DNA of 64,000 nucleotides, taken from contig CAJFCJ010000005.1 of the NCBI GenBank assembly GCA_904063045.1, positions 2,474,165 through 2,538,164 on the forward strand, written 5' to 3'. The DNA comes from Dimorphilus gyrociliatus. Lineage: Eukaryota; Animalia; Annelida. Positions 37,560-49,618 of this stretch are shown here, in pieces (position 1 is the stretch's first letter; every line of letters starts with the position of its first letter). The notes under the pieces are model-generated. The model searched no databases, was not told the DNA's origin, and saw only the letters and a list, made by a program, of their open reading frames with translations. Position numbers and translations under genes: made by a program.

Positions 37560-38954
37560 TCACCTAAACAACTTGAACGCTTCAAACGTAAAGTTAATAG
37601 TCGAATATCGCTTTTCAACAAGGCAAAAATGTACTTCATTCTCATTTCTGAAGTATGTATATAATCGATTCTTCTCAAACAGTACTCTTTGAGGATAGGC
37701 TTTAACTTCATCATTTGTAGGATCTATTATAAATATATAGAAATCATTTGTAAATAGAAGAAAATTCTGTTGAATTTTACTGATAATATCGTTTCTTATT
37801 GATATATTTTCTTCAATTAAGTTTATATGTAGATTCTCTCCTTGGTAATTAGTTTCGTTGATTATAGAATTTAAATTAAACTTTTGCAAGTTTAATTGAT
37901 CTCCTAAAAGATATAAATACTGGCCCTTTATTTCTCTATGAAACCATTTTCCATAGAAAAATATATCACAAAATTTTGCTACTTTTCCAGTATTCGTTTC
38001 GTAGAATAATAGATCATTCTGATATTGAAAGCAAATAGTATTCTTGTAATCTAAATCTTCATTTGACCTTTCGAAGGGACACTGTATCAAGAATTTTCTA
38101 TTACTATTATTATCCCATTTAAAAATAGCTGGTGGAAGCATATTCATTTCCTCATCTTCAGCTTTTCTTAAAAGAAACAATTGCTTCTTGTAGACTTCTA
38201 AATCAACAAAATTAGTATAAGAATAAGGTGTAGCTTCCCCTTTGCCTATTTCGTATAAGGTATCATTTGTCAGTAGATAAAAACAATTATAGCAACCAAC
38301 TAGAGTTACAGCATTTGAAAATTCATGACTATAAGTGTAATAGGGTTTTTCAAGCATTGAATAATGTATTTTCATTTGTAAACTATCTAAACCAACCAAC
38401 TGTAAATTAAGTGAAGCTCTTGAGAGGAGTTTATGTTTTTTTTTTAACTTTTTAAGTGATTTAAAGGCAATATCAGCGGTTGGAGGACAGTCCCTTCTTA
38501 TTTGTTCAAAACCGTTTATTGATTTATTTAGCATATTCAACTTGGCTTTTTTAACTAGATCAAATATTCTAAATTTAGTTCTAAAGTATTCTTTTTTCTG
38601 TTTTATCGAATTAAGAATAGTTTCAAACTTGTTATCAAACTCTTCGCTACAAGACTCTTGGTATTCTTCCGAATAAACACCTGAAAATTCCGCTTGTTGT
38701 AAAGTATTATTATCCGTTGAACCAGTATCCTCTTTATATTTAACAATTTCATCAGGAAACATTGTACTCGATTTACAAACAATACAATCCGAAGTAATGA
38801 CATCATTTTCGGAGTTTGGTAGTGATTTAAGAGCCGAAAAGCAAATAGAGCAAATACTGTGACGCGGACTGCAGTTGTAGTGCCTAAAATTTAAATCACT
38901 TACATCACACAATACACAACGAGTTTCGTTTCCAACAGTAGCTACGTCAACCAT
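37560..38954 (-). CDS. Most divergent RING - coiled coil - propeller-like paralogue, intronless
   Basis: CVLC...NCSPRHSICSIC...CIVC; ISIRNDIISKIQQNFLLF C-terminal signature; ATG at 38954. Confidence 0.75.
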   Translation of the reverse strand: MVDVATVGNETRCVLCDVSDLNFRHYNCSPRHSICSICFSALKSLPNSENDVITSDCIVCKSSTMFPDEIVKYKEDTGSTDNNTLQQAEFSGVYSEEYQESCSEEFDNKFETILNSIKQKKEYFRTKFRIFDLVKKAKLNMLNKSINGFEQIRRDCPPTADIAFKSLKKLKKKHKLLSRASLNLQLVGLDSLQMKIHYSMLEKPYYTYSHEFSNAVTLVGCYNCFYLLTNDTLYEIGKGEATPYSYTNFVDLEVYKKQLFLLRKAEDEEMNMLPPAIFKWDNNSNRKFLIQCPFERSNEDLDYKNTICFQYQNDLLFYETNTGKVAKFCDIFFYGKWFHREIKGQYLYLLGDQLNLQKFNLNSIINETNYQGENLHINLIEENISIRNDIISKIQQNFLLFTNDFYIFIIDPTNDEVKAYPQRVLFEKNRLYTYFRNENEVHFCLVEKRYSTINFTFEAFKLFR

Positions 38955-39583
38955 TTGGTCTTTTTGTTTTGTATATAGTTGCAATCAAGTGTTATATTAA
39001 TATATATCAGCAAAGTTTATGGAGTGAGAGAAATGTTTAAATGGCAAAACACCTATCGAACAAAATTTTGGCCTTTAGTTACATAGAGGCGTTGGGACAG
39101 TTTCTCGAAAAGTGAATAACAACTTCCTCCTAACTTAAATGATCTGAATCAATAACTGTCGATAAAAAACGCGCTTAAACGACTTTTGGGGGATTAAGGC
39201 AACAATAGGGTGGTTTATCTAGATAAGCCATTTATCTCTAATGAAGATAGTGAGAGTATAGATAATTGGAAAAAGTTATTGAAAACATCTAACAGATTTG
39301 AACAGTCTTTAATAAAATGTTGTTATCTTTTCAATAGAAATTGTTTATTCATCATATTTTACTGATAGATAAAACAAAAGATAAGATAACATAGGAAATC
39401 AATTATACCTTGTATGATTGAAAATTTGAAAAAACGAAAATATAGAACACATCAAAAATATAAAAAAGAACGTATAAACGACGAATTCTTTTTTCAATAT
39501 AACATTGGTATCTAAGTATTTTTTTTCACTATATATCTTTTATATATAATTGATAAGGATAATAAAAGAAAACTATTTATATA

Positions 39584-41571
39584 TTATGTAAATATGCATT
39601 GTTTAATGAAAACTAAAATTTGTTGATGTCGATCAGTATCTTTCGAATTAGTACGTTTTTTCACAAACCTATTGTGAAAATGTACATATTCGTTAAAGAA
39701 ATATTTGACCAAATAAAATTTTTCATCTTCAGAAAGCTTTAGAGAGAAAATCATTCATTTTAATTCAATTATTATTAATTAATTATGTTTATAGAAATGA
39801 AAACAAGTCAAACCATTTCCAATTGTAAACCAGATAGAAATTGGCATATTTCCTTTCTATAGATGTTATCATCGTAGTATCTTGTCAAATTAAATATTAT
39901 TTCAATTAATTTCTTTATAGTAAATATCTAGAATGAATGATAAAAGATTATCTATTTAATAGTAATATAAGTAGATTCCTATACCTTTTTAGCGTAGGAA
40001 TAATACTTTTTAATAAATCTACATAGATATATTAAATTTATATAGTTTGTCTCATTATAGTATAATTCCAGAATTTGACCAGCTAATTTCAATACATTCC
40101 AAAAATATGATGATTTTGAAACGTCATATTCGGAGATTGATTGAAATAGATTGTTAATTATGAACTGATATATTGCTTTATTACTTCTCAGATTTTCAGT
40201 TAATAATTGATATTTTGTTCGATGGCAGAATATCTTAATGAATAAAATAAGTTATAGAATAACCATGTATATAACAGTTTTATATATGAATATATACCTC
40301 GAGAAGTTCCATTATCTCTTCGCTATCTGTTGATTTATTAATATTTCTAGTTATAACTCTATAACCAGAATCGTAGAGGAACTTTTGAAAATAACTCGTT
40401 TTGTCCTGTCTCGTAGATATTTCGTTGAGTAGTGTACTAAAGGCATTACCCGAAATTTTCTGATTTCAAAATCATAGATAGTTATGTAATATATTTTATA
40501 TATATATATATATAAATATTAATATTATTACAGTTAATCCTTTCATCGTTCTTTCTCCTTCCAAATTCCAGCCTCTAAATTCAGAATATATTCCTCCAAA
40601 CATACCGAAAAACTTCAATCGTTTGTGTTTATTTATAAAGTTTCTATAAGAAAATATACATCATAAATTATTAATAACCTATTTTGTAATATTTTAATAG
40701 TAGAATAGATCAATTACATTATATTCTCCTTCGATGCTTGCCAACCGGATATATCAAAATGGGTTAATTTTTCCCAATAGCCGGCAAGTAATAAGTCATC
40801 AATCTTTTTGTCTGCTAATTCATTATCGCAATTGTAGGGATAAAAACCGTCTCGCGTATATGGAAGTATGTCAACGTGTACTCTTGAAATATTCAATTTT
40901 TCTATAGAACTCTTGTTAAGTAAAGAGAAATATGTTATATCAACAGTATAGCTTTTAGGATATGAAATGTCAAAGACTTTCAACTTGTAGAACTCTCTAA
41001 GACAATCTAAATTTGTAATACTTGTATCGGTTAACGTTAGTTCCTCAATTTGCGGTAATTCAAGTGACAGGAAGTTCAGTTGATTATCTGTAATGTTTGT
41101 ACCAGTTACATCCAGTCTTAGTAATTGTTTAAAGCAAGTTAGATATTGCATATTCTGAATTTGATGCTCTAAATCAGAATTCTCCGAGAAATGACATTTC
41201 TTTAGATTCAATTCTTGAATGTATTTCGTGTTCAAGTAAGGAAGCCACTTTTCAAGGCCGACGTTTTTCATTAATTCCACTGTAATTGATCTTATATTAT
41301 GACCTTCTAGAAACTTTAAAGCTCTTTCCGACTCTATCTTTATTCCATTAAACTTTACATCGACCAAATAGCAAATTTCACTATCAAAAAAATCCAGTAG
41401 TCTTTCAGGTATACCGTTATGAAATTCACTGAGTTCTGTTAGAAGGTTTTCAGCCGCTAAACGATTGATAAGCCTAGATTTCTTAAATATCTCCTTATCA
41501 GTAAATATTATATCATGGTTTTTAACAACTGTCCAAAAAGATAGTTCAATTAAACTTTGAAATTGAATCAT
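39584..41571 (-). CDS. ZYG11/ZER1-like BC-box - LRR protein, paralogue Z1, 6 exons
   Basis: N-terminal FQSLIELSFWTV (BC-box-like); LRRs; FDISGW followed by exon 2 FINKHKRLKFFGMF, matching the ZYG11 LDVSG...FIxxRPxMQFVGL region. All exons splice in frame to TAA at 39586-39584. Confidence 0.8.
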
Positions 41572-41600
41572 TTTTCACACTTTCAACGACACAAGTTGTT

Positions 41601-41612
41601 CGCGCAGGCGCA
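41601..41612. promoter_or_regulatory. NRF1/Ewg-type motif upstream of Z1
   Basis: CGCGCAGGCGCA lies 30-41 bp upstream of the ATG in otherwise AT-rich DNA. An ETS-type ACCGGAAGT is at 41753-41761. Confidence 0.5.
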
Positions 41613-41956
41613 CTACAACAAGATTGAAAAAGATGCAAAAATAACTATTTCAGTATAAGTAGAAAAAGTTAAATAATTAAATAAATTTTAAATATTCTAT
41701 TTAATGTATATATAAACGAAACAAGTAAACAAAACTAATTTTTTTTATATAAACCGGAAGTCGATTAATTAACCGGAAATTGAAAGAAAAAAAGTTTCAT
41801 TCAAGTTAATCTTTATATGGAAAAAACTCAAGTTCAAAAAATAGATAGTCAACTAATGTTTATTTATTAACTAAGATAAAATACTTGTTTCTATCTAAGG
41901 TGCTAAACACTAAAAAAAAACAAAAACAAAGAAAAATACAAAATATTTGTCCATAA

Positions 41957-43900
41957 TTAAGAAATTATGTGATCTCTAATAAAAGAATAAACGAAACTAT
42001 CCGAAAAGCAAATGTTGTTACGACCTGAAAGATGTGGTGTAAATTCAATAAAGTATTCTCTAGCCAATAGGAATCTATCTGACTTATTCAGCTATAAAGA
42101 AGAAATTTTTTATAATAATTAATAATAAATATTTTATAATAAACAAACAATTTTACCTTTTTAACATCCAAGTTTGTTATAAATCTACATATGTGATTCT
42201 TATAAGTATCCCGATCAATATAAAGCGACGATTCAAATACTATTGGAAATAGTTGTCTATTGCTTAAATACTAAAAATCAAAACAAGACTTAAAAAGATG
42301 ATTTTTAATTAGTTAATTAATTAAACTTACATATTTGGCGAAAGAGTAATATTTCAATATAAATTTATAGAAATGTTTAAACTCTCCATCGGTAATAGTA
42401 GGACCAAATCCACGGAGTAATTGTAGTAGAATTTTCAACAAATCCGTAAATCTTGGAGAATCGGTTATATCAAATTCATTTATCAATTCGAAAAGTCTAT
42501 CAATAACGCTCCTATGCGCAATATAGATATGCTTACTCTCGTGACAATCTAATAGATATCTATACTTTTGACAGAATATCTGCAAATGATCAAATTATCA
42601 ATATAGAATACGTTTTTCTATGAATTTTAAAGTGAAACTAACCAAAAGAACTTCAATAATATCATTTAAAAATTCTTCTGTATAACATGAACTATGAATT
42701 AGTCTTTTATGCTTTTCATTGGAAGCAAACTGAAGAAAGTAGCAAAAGTTGTCTCTACGGCTTAGTATCTCATTGAGTATTGTACGAAAATCATCCTTTG
42801 ATATTCCCTTCAGAAGACAGAGAGAGAGAGAGAGAGATAGATTATGAAAACAACAGTTATCTTTATTTAAATAATTACCGTTAAATTATCAAAATTCTCC
42901 ATCTTCATAAGTTTACGATATGGAACTTTGTGATTAGTAGCATTGAATATGCCTAGATAATTCAATTTCTTGTGTTTTTCCAAAAACCGTCTACGAAACA
43001 GGAAACGTATTAAATATTAAATATTGAATATATTAATAAAAAATATCTTGTATACTTTATACTCTCTTCCGAAGCTTCCCATCCCGAAATATCCAAATGC
43101 TTTAAATTCTCCCAATCAGCTTCTTTCAAAAAAACGTTAATTTTAAAATATCCCACCGCATTCGGCTCTAGCGGCACTTGCATATTCCTGCCTGTATTAT
43201 CCTCTTTAGTAATATCCAAATACTCTAAAAATCTTAAATTTAACAGAGAATAATAAGATAATATCTCCATGTTAGATTTCGAAAATGCGAATGATAACTT
43301 CTTTAGTTTGTTCAATCTACGAAGATGATACAGTTCTCTTATTTCTGTTTCCGAAATGTTAACATCCTCTATCTGCGGAAGCTCGATAGAGATAAACCGC
43401 AGTTGGCGGTCCGTAATATTAGTAAGAGAAACATCCAACTTTCGCAACTGTTTAAAAGTTGCGAAATGTTTGATATTCTTCAACTGAACAGCAAGTCTTC
43501 GATTCCGAGAGAAGAAACAATTACGCAATGACAACTCCTCCAATCCGTTTGATTTAATGTACTTTATCCATCTATTTATACCAACTTTTAAAAAATTTTC
43601 GAATATCGTACTCTTTAATTGATGACCAATAAGGAAACGTAACGATTTTGAACATTCAATGTCCCTTCCATTCAATTCAACGAAAACCAAAAAACTAAAC
43701 TCCTTTCTGAAAAATTTCCATAAATTATCAATTCTAGCTCCGTAACAGAATGAAAACTCTTTTAACAAAGTTTCCGACACAAAGCGATTGAGGATAGGAT
43801 TTTTCTGACTTTTACCCAAAAAATAACTTGATATAACTGTATTCCAATTTTCAGAAATAGTAGCAATACAAATTTGCTGAAGACTTAAAACACTCGACAT
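41957..43900 (-). CDS. ZYG11/ZER1-like protein, paralogue Z2, 6 exons
   Basis: MSSVLSLQQICIATI; LRRs; LDISGW; exon 2 FLEKHKKLNYLGIF; exons splice in frame to TAA at 41959-41957. Confidence 0.8.
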
Positions 43901-43932
43901 TATTAGCTCAGTATAAAAATTCAAATATTATT

Positions 43933-43944
43933 TGCGCATGCGCG
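43933..43944. promoter_or_regulatory. NRF1/Ewg-type motif upstream of Z2
   Basis: TGCGCATGCGCG lies 33-44 bp upstream of the ATG at 43900. Confidence 0.55.
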
Positions 43945-44198
43945 TATAATTATTTCCTGTTAAAATTTTGATAAACATAAAAAAAAACCCGATTAATTTC
44001 CTAATTAACAAAAAAATGAAATAATTTAAATATACATATGTTAATTAATTTGAATAAATTAAATCGTAATTTTTCACTTAATTAGAATAATTTTTTAGCT
44101 TGTTTTTTGTATTATAGCCGTTATCAATGATGGATAAGTTATACTATAACTAGTTAATAGTTATATTCGTATATTGCAATTTATAAAATAGTTGTTTA

Positions 44199-46236
44199 TT
44201 ATTTTATTTCATTCGTACCACTTATCCAATTTCTAAAATATTTAACAATTTTATCGTGACAAGCTCTTGATCCTCTTCTTTCTAAGCACATGTGACCATT
44301 TCTCTCCAATTTATCATACGTTCTAAAATACGATTTAACCATAGTAAATCTTTCATCGTTATTTAACTATAATAACATAAGAAAACGGACTTAATAATTA
44401 ATAATTGATTTATTTAAATACATATATAACTAACCATACTTATATCTAATGTACTAATAAACTCCCAAAGTTGTTCCCAATAACAGAATGAATCGTATAC
44501 GTTAAATTCGAATATTCTTTCAATTAGTTCGCACCTATCCATAAACTATGATAAAATAGTAAAAGTATTGTTTTTTTTTATGTAAATCTCTCTCTATTTT
44601 GTTTTTTAAAAAAAAAAATACCATTTTACATTGTCCAAAGTTACTATAAACAAATTTAAAGAGAGCGTACAGATGTGGAGAATGAGTTTCATCCAATTTA
44701 GTTAATAGTTTTGCAGTCATTGGTAATATATTCCAAAAATAATCGGATTTATGTAGTTCATTTAATACTAAACGTATCATTATACTACTCAGTATTTTAC
44801 CATATTCCTGTTTTTGTTCAATATCTACAGCAACTGCTGAATCCAAAATAAGGAAATACTTTTCGCAGAAAACCTTTTTTTATTAATATTTTTTGTATTA
44901 ATTTTGTTTTTTTAAAAAAAAAATGGAAATAATATTGTGCTTTTATATTCCTTTTTACCGTTAAAGTTTCTTGAATATCAAGATTACTTCTATCTGGTGA
45001 ATTGTAATACATTGCTGCACTTGCTAAACCATTTAAAAAGGGCAAATGCCTCGTTGTATTAATTCTCATTGAGATTTCATTCATTTCATTTAAGAATTTA
45101 TCATTACTAATTCTCTAATGATTATAATTGAAAAAATGACAATAATTTATTTATAGCCTTAACTTGAATAGTAAAATTTTTTACCGTTAATTTACGGATA
45201 TCTTTACCCCGAACGTTCAAACTTTTGTAAGATTCTTGATATTTTCCAAATAGGCCAATAAACTCTAAATTATCATATTTTTTAATAAATCGTCTGAAAG
45301 GAAATTAATTAGTCGATTTACTTAAATATTAAATTATTTTGGCTTCATTTTGCGGTTTTACTTAATAATATCTGGCCTAACTCTCCATCCTGATAGATCA
45401 AGATGCGTTATATCTCGCCAATCAGCTTCTTCGAGAAGACTATTAATAGTCCATAATTGATCATCAGATGTGTTGTAATTTTTTAAGGAACGTAAATTAT
45501 CTCTATCTGAATTAGTTTTTTTGTCGCAGCCAAACTTTGAGATATTTAATTTTGTTAGATTTGTCATCTTTAACAGGGCGAAATAGGAACCATAAACCTT
45601 TGACTTTCTAGGATAAGAACAATCTAGTACCTTCAAGTAGGAAAATGCCAAAAGAACCCTGAGATCGCTGATAGACGTTTCAGATATATTTAAATCTTCG
45701 ACCTTCGAAGCTAATTCATATGACATAGTATGCAAATGTGTATTAGAAATATCCGTACAAGATAAATCCAACTTTACTAATTGTTTAAAAAAACACAAGT
45801 TTCTTATATCTGATATATCTTGCCCATTTCTATCTCCATCATTATCATCCGTAAAGCGACATCCTCTTAATGAAAGCTCTTTTAACTGACTACCGTCTAA
45901 ATATCCCATCCATTCACCAACTTTCCAACTAATTAAATATGTGACCTTCAATCTTTCAACAAGGTGACCCTTTAAAAAATTCATTGAATGCAAGTAAGTA
46001 ACGCTATTCCCATTTAACCTAATATTTATTAAATCGCAATACATCTTGCTAAATAATTTCAAGAAACGCTCGGGAAATTCAATATAGATATGGTTAATTT
46101 CGTCAAATATTTTTTCAGCGTAAATATAATTAATAATTCCATGTTTCTTGAAAACTTCCCCATTTAAGAAATTAACTTCGAAATTTCTAACAATACTAAA
46201 TAGAGCCATCTTTTCTAAACTTGGATGATTCGCCAT
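44199..46236 (-). CDS. ZYG11/ZER1-like protein, paralogue Z3, 6 exons
   Basis: MANHPSLEKMALFSI; LDLSGW; exon 2 FIKKYDNLEFIGLF; exons splice in frame to TAA at 44201-44199. Confidence 0.8.
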
Positions 46237-46492
46237 TTTTGGTTCAGTATCGGATATGACTTGGCTATTGAGTAATTTCAAAACTAAAATTTAGCCTATA
46301 AGAAAAAAAACCATAGAAAAATAGGTCAATTTATTTCTCCAAAAATGTAAATAAAAGATCAATTAATCTCTCAATTTCTTATAAGTTCTATAATGAATTT
46401 AATATTGTATTATTAAAATATAACAAATACTGTCACTATATGATAATGAACTTGTACATCTATAGGTTAATTAATAATTAAACGTTGTTTAT

Positions 46493-48498
46493 CTATCTTC
46501 GCATATACTTATGAAAAAATAATCGAATATTTTTGTCGTATAAATATTCCGTTTCTTGAGCTTGATAACCCTCTTCCAGTTTAAAACATTTATAATTAAC
46601 CATAAAACACTTAGCCAAACTATGATATTCATTTTTCGATAGCTAAAAAAAAAAACAAATTGCAAAATTATAAATGAATTAATTGATTATATTAAAATTA
46701 ATATGAAATTTTTAACAAACAGTTTCAACATCAACACTTTTCAACAACTTCCAAATAATCTTTCTATAACTTCTTCCATCAAATATCTTTTTGAAATTAA
46801 ACAAATAACGTATTAAACCTGATCTATTCATTAGCTATAAAACAAAAAGAAACATAATTTCATTCTAATTATCATAATTAATAAATATTCAAACCATTTT
46901 ATACAAGTGAAAATTGATTAGAAGTAACGAAAAAATACCAGAATTCCATGGAGTTATCATTTCGCTTCTTTTAATAATTTGAGGGACTAATTTGAATATT
47001 CTCCAAAAACTATCCGATTTATAATCTAGGAATTTAGTTAAAACAATTCCGCACAAGTTCAGATCGTACTTTAATTCTCGTTTACAGAATGAAGCATGAG
47101 TGTAAAATACAAATATTTCACTTATAACCTAAAATTGGGATAAATATATATTAAAAAACAGAACATTTCTATCAATATCTTTATAATTCTGACCTCAAAT
47201 ATTCTAGATTTAACATAACCAGGAATTGTATTTAAATCGGTTGTTTTCAAAGTTTCCAGTAGATTATCGTGACCCAAATATTTATCATATCTAGTTGCTA
47301 TATGATTCAAATCAGTCATAAATTCAATACTTGATAATCCCTGTTGATGTGAAAACAATTTATAATTAAATACAATTTCTAATTAAATATACTGTATTAT
47401 CGTACTGTTAATTCAAATATATCATTTTCTTGAAACTTTAGATTTCGATCAAAATCAATATTCGTCTTGAATAAACCCAAAAAACTCAACTTGTTGTGTC
47501 TCTGTACAAAGAACCTGTTGTTTTCCCCAAAGAAAATGTTTATTAGTATGTAACATATATAAATTCAATAATTACTTTAGTGAATCTATTGGAAGAATCC
47601 AACCAGACATATCAAAATACTTTAAATCCTTCCATTCGGCTTCTCTTAACAAAAAGTCTGTAAAATAATATTCTCCATTTCTTTTAAAGTATTCAGAAGG
47701 TAAAGTATTCTTGTAAGCTGAATGTCTTGCTATTTTGATTGACTTTAAATTTAATAATAGAATTAAAGATGGAACTGTTAATAATAGCTTTTCGTCAACT
47801 GGATAAGAGCAATCGAGAACTGTAAGCTTTGTAAATTTTTTCAACAATCCAAGATTCGATACGCAAGTTTCAGATATATTTAACTCTTGAATATTCTTTA
47901 ATTTATGAGATAAATATTTCAATTGCAAGTTACTTAATTTCGTTGAAGAGATATCTAATTTAACTAAATGTTTAAATTTCGTAATAGGTTTAACAGAATC
48001 TATTTTATCTTTTGTATTATTGCATGAAGATTTTGTAGAAGGAATGGGAGGAGAACGTGGAGTATAGGGAGCGGAAGAAGAAAAAGATGCAAAAGAAGTG
48101 GAAGTAGTTGTAACTAGACAACCTTTAACGCAAAGTTCTTCCAATTTTTTTGCGTTAATTATAGATAGCCAATGATTTAGCTTTATACTCTGTAAATGAC
48201 GTATACGAATAGACTTTAGCGGATGTCCATTGAGGAAATTTACTGCAGTCTTTTTAGTTATTCTATGTCCATTCAGGTCAACATTATGTAGCCAACATGT
48301 GTCTCTATTAAACACCTTTAAGAATTGTTGAGGTATTCCAATATAATAATCATCTATCTCCTTCAAGATTTTCTCCACAATATACGAGCATATAACTCTA
48401 TGTCTAAAGAGTAATTTCTTAGCATAGAAATGAGTTTCAAAGTTCTTAGCTATGCAGTACAAAGTAAGGTCTTCTAAACGTGGAATTTTTAAAGTCAT
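46493..48498 (-). CDS. ZYG11/ZER1-like protein, paralogue Z4, 6 exons
   Basis: MTLKIPRLEDLTLYCI; Ser/Pro insertion within the LRRs; FDMSGW; exon 2 FVQRHNKLSFLGLFKT; exons splice in frame to TAG at 46495-46493. Confidence 0.8.
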
Positions 48499-48754
48499 GA
48501 TTTTTCAACGTTCTAGGAAAGATGTCTGCTCTTCGTATATTTAGTACAGCACTATATTGTAAAATTAAATTTTCAATATGAGTGGTGTCACTTGGTTAAA
48601 AAAAATATCCTTATCAAACCTCATAATTGATATACATTAAAACTGTAGCTATAGTAACAAATATCAATAAACAAAGTATATTTTTTTTAAATACATAGAA
48701 TAATAATAAAAAAAAATTTTAACAGTTCATACGCTTGAACATTTTTGCGTTTTG

Positions 48755-49618
48755 TTATATAGACGCCATACCAACTAAGGTATCTCCTCCTCCACCACCA
48801 CCTCCTCCTCCTCCTCCTCCTCCCTCTTTTATAGTATTTTTATTTGCATTCTTCTTGTAAAGTGATTGTTTTTTAGTGTTATCTGTGTAGTGGAGATGAC
48901 TGTTTACAGAAACTTCTGGTGGTCCTTGAAATATCGCCCTCGTAGCCATTAACTTCTCAAGCGAATCTTGCGTTTGCTTTTCATCGAAAAATGGACTCTT
49001 TAATGTATCTCTGATACTATCGAAAATTTTTCTTTTATCAGCAGCAAACTGAATTAGACTTTGGTTGAGTTGACATAATTCAGCTTGCAATTGAATTTCG
49101 CAATTATTCACATACTCTGAGAATGATTTAAAAAGATCAGCAATTTCAATTTCCATCATCTTCTTATACTTTTCCATTTCATCCTCTTGTTTTCTCCTTA
49201 TTACTTGGGATTTTTCAAATATTTGATTTAAAGTACGAATTTTACAACTATCTTCACCATGATCGTAATCGATACATTTCGAACAAAGTTGCTCAGCTTT
49301 ACAAGTCAAACATAACAAGTTTGGTTTCATAACTAAATTATTGTGTTTCTTACACATTTCTTTATCAGTGCGCTGATCGTTTATTGATGCTTTTATTAAA
49401 CTTTTTGGTAGACCATTAACGCCATCTTTTGAAAGCTTTGTCTTTGCTCTACAGTTTGGACACTTGATAAACTTTCCACGAGATATCTTCAAAAGACACT
49501 CGTGACAGAATATATGTTGACAAGGTAGAACTCTCGGATCTTTATTTAACCAAATATCTAAACATACAGAACACTCAAGAGTTCTTGCATCGATGACGTA
49601 ATCCTTATTAGATTCCAT
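48755..49618 (-). CDS. TRIM-like RING - B-box - coiled coil protein with a poly-Gly tail
   Basis: LECSVC...PCQHIFCHEC...CPNC; B-box CKKH...CLTC...CSKC...H; coiled coil; G12 run. The last codons may be spliced at GTATGG. Confidence 0.8.
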   Translation of the reverse strand: MESNKDYVIDARTLECSVCLDIWLNKDPRVLPCQHIFCHECLLKISRGKFIKCPNCRAKTKLSKDGVNGLPKSLIKASINDQRTDKEMCKKHNNLVMKPNLLCLTCKAEQLCSKCIDYDHGEDSCKIRTLNQIFEKSQVIRRKQEDEMEKYKKMMEIEIADLFKSFSEYVNNCEIQLQAELCQLNQSLIQFAADKRKIFDSIRDTLKSPFFDEKQTQDSLEKLMATRAIFQGPPEVSVNSHLHYTDNTKKQSLYKKNANKNTIKEGGGGGGGGGGGGGDTLVGMASI

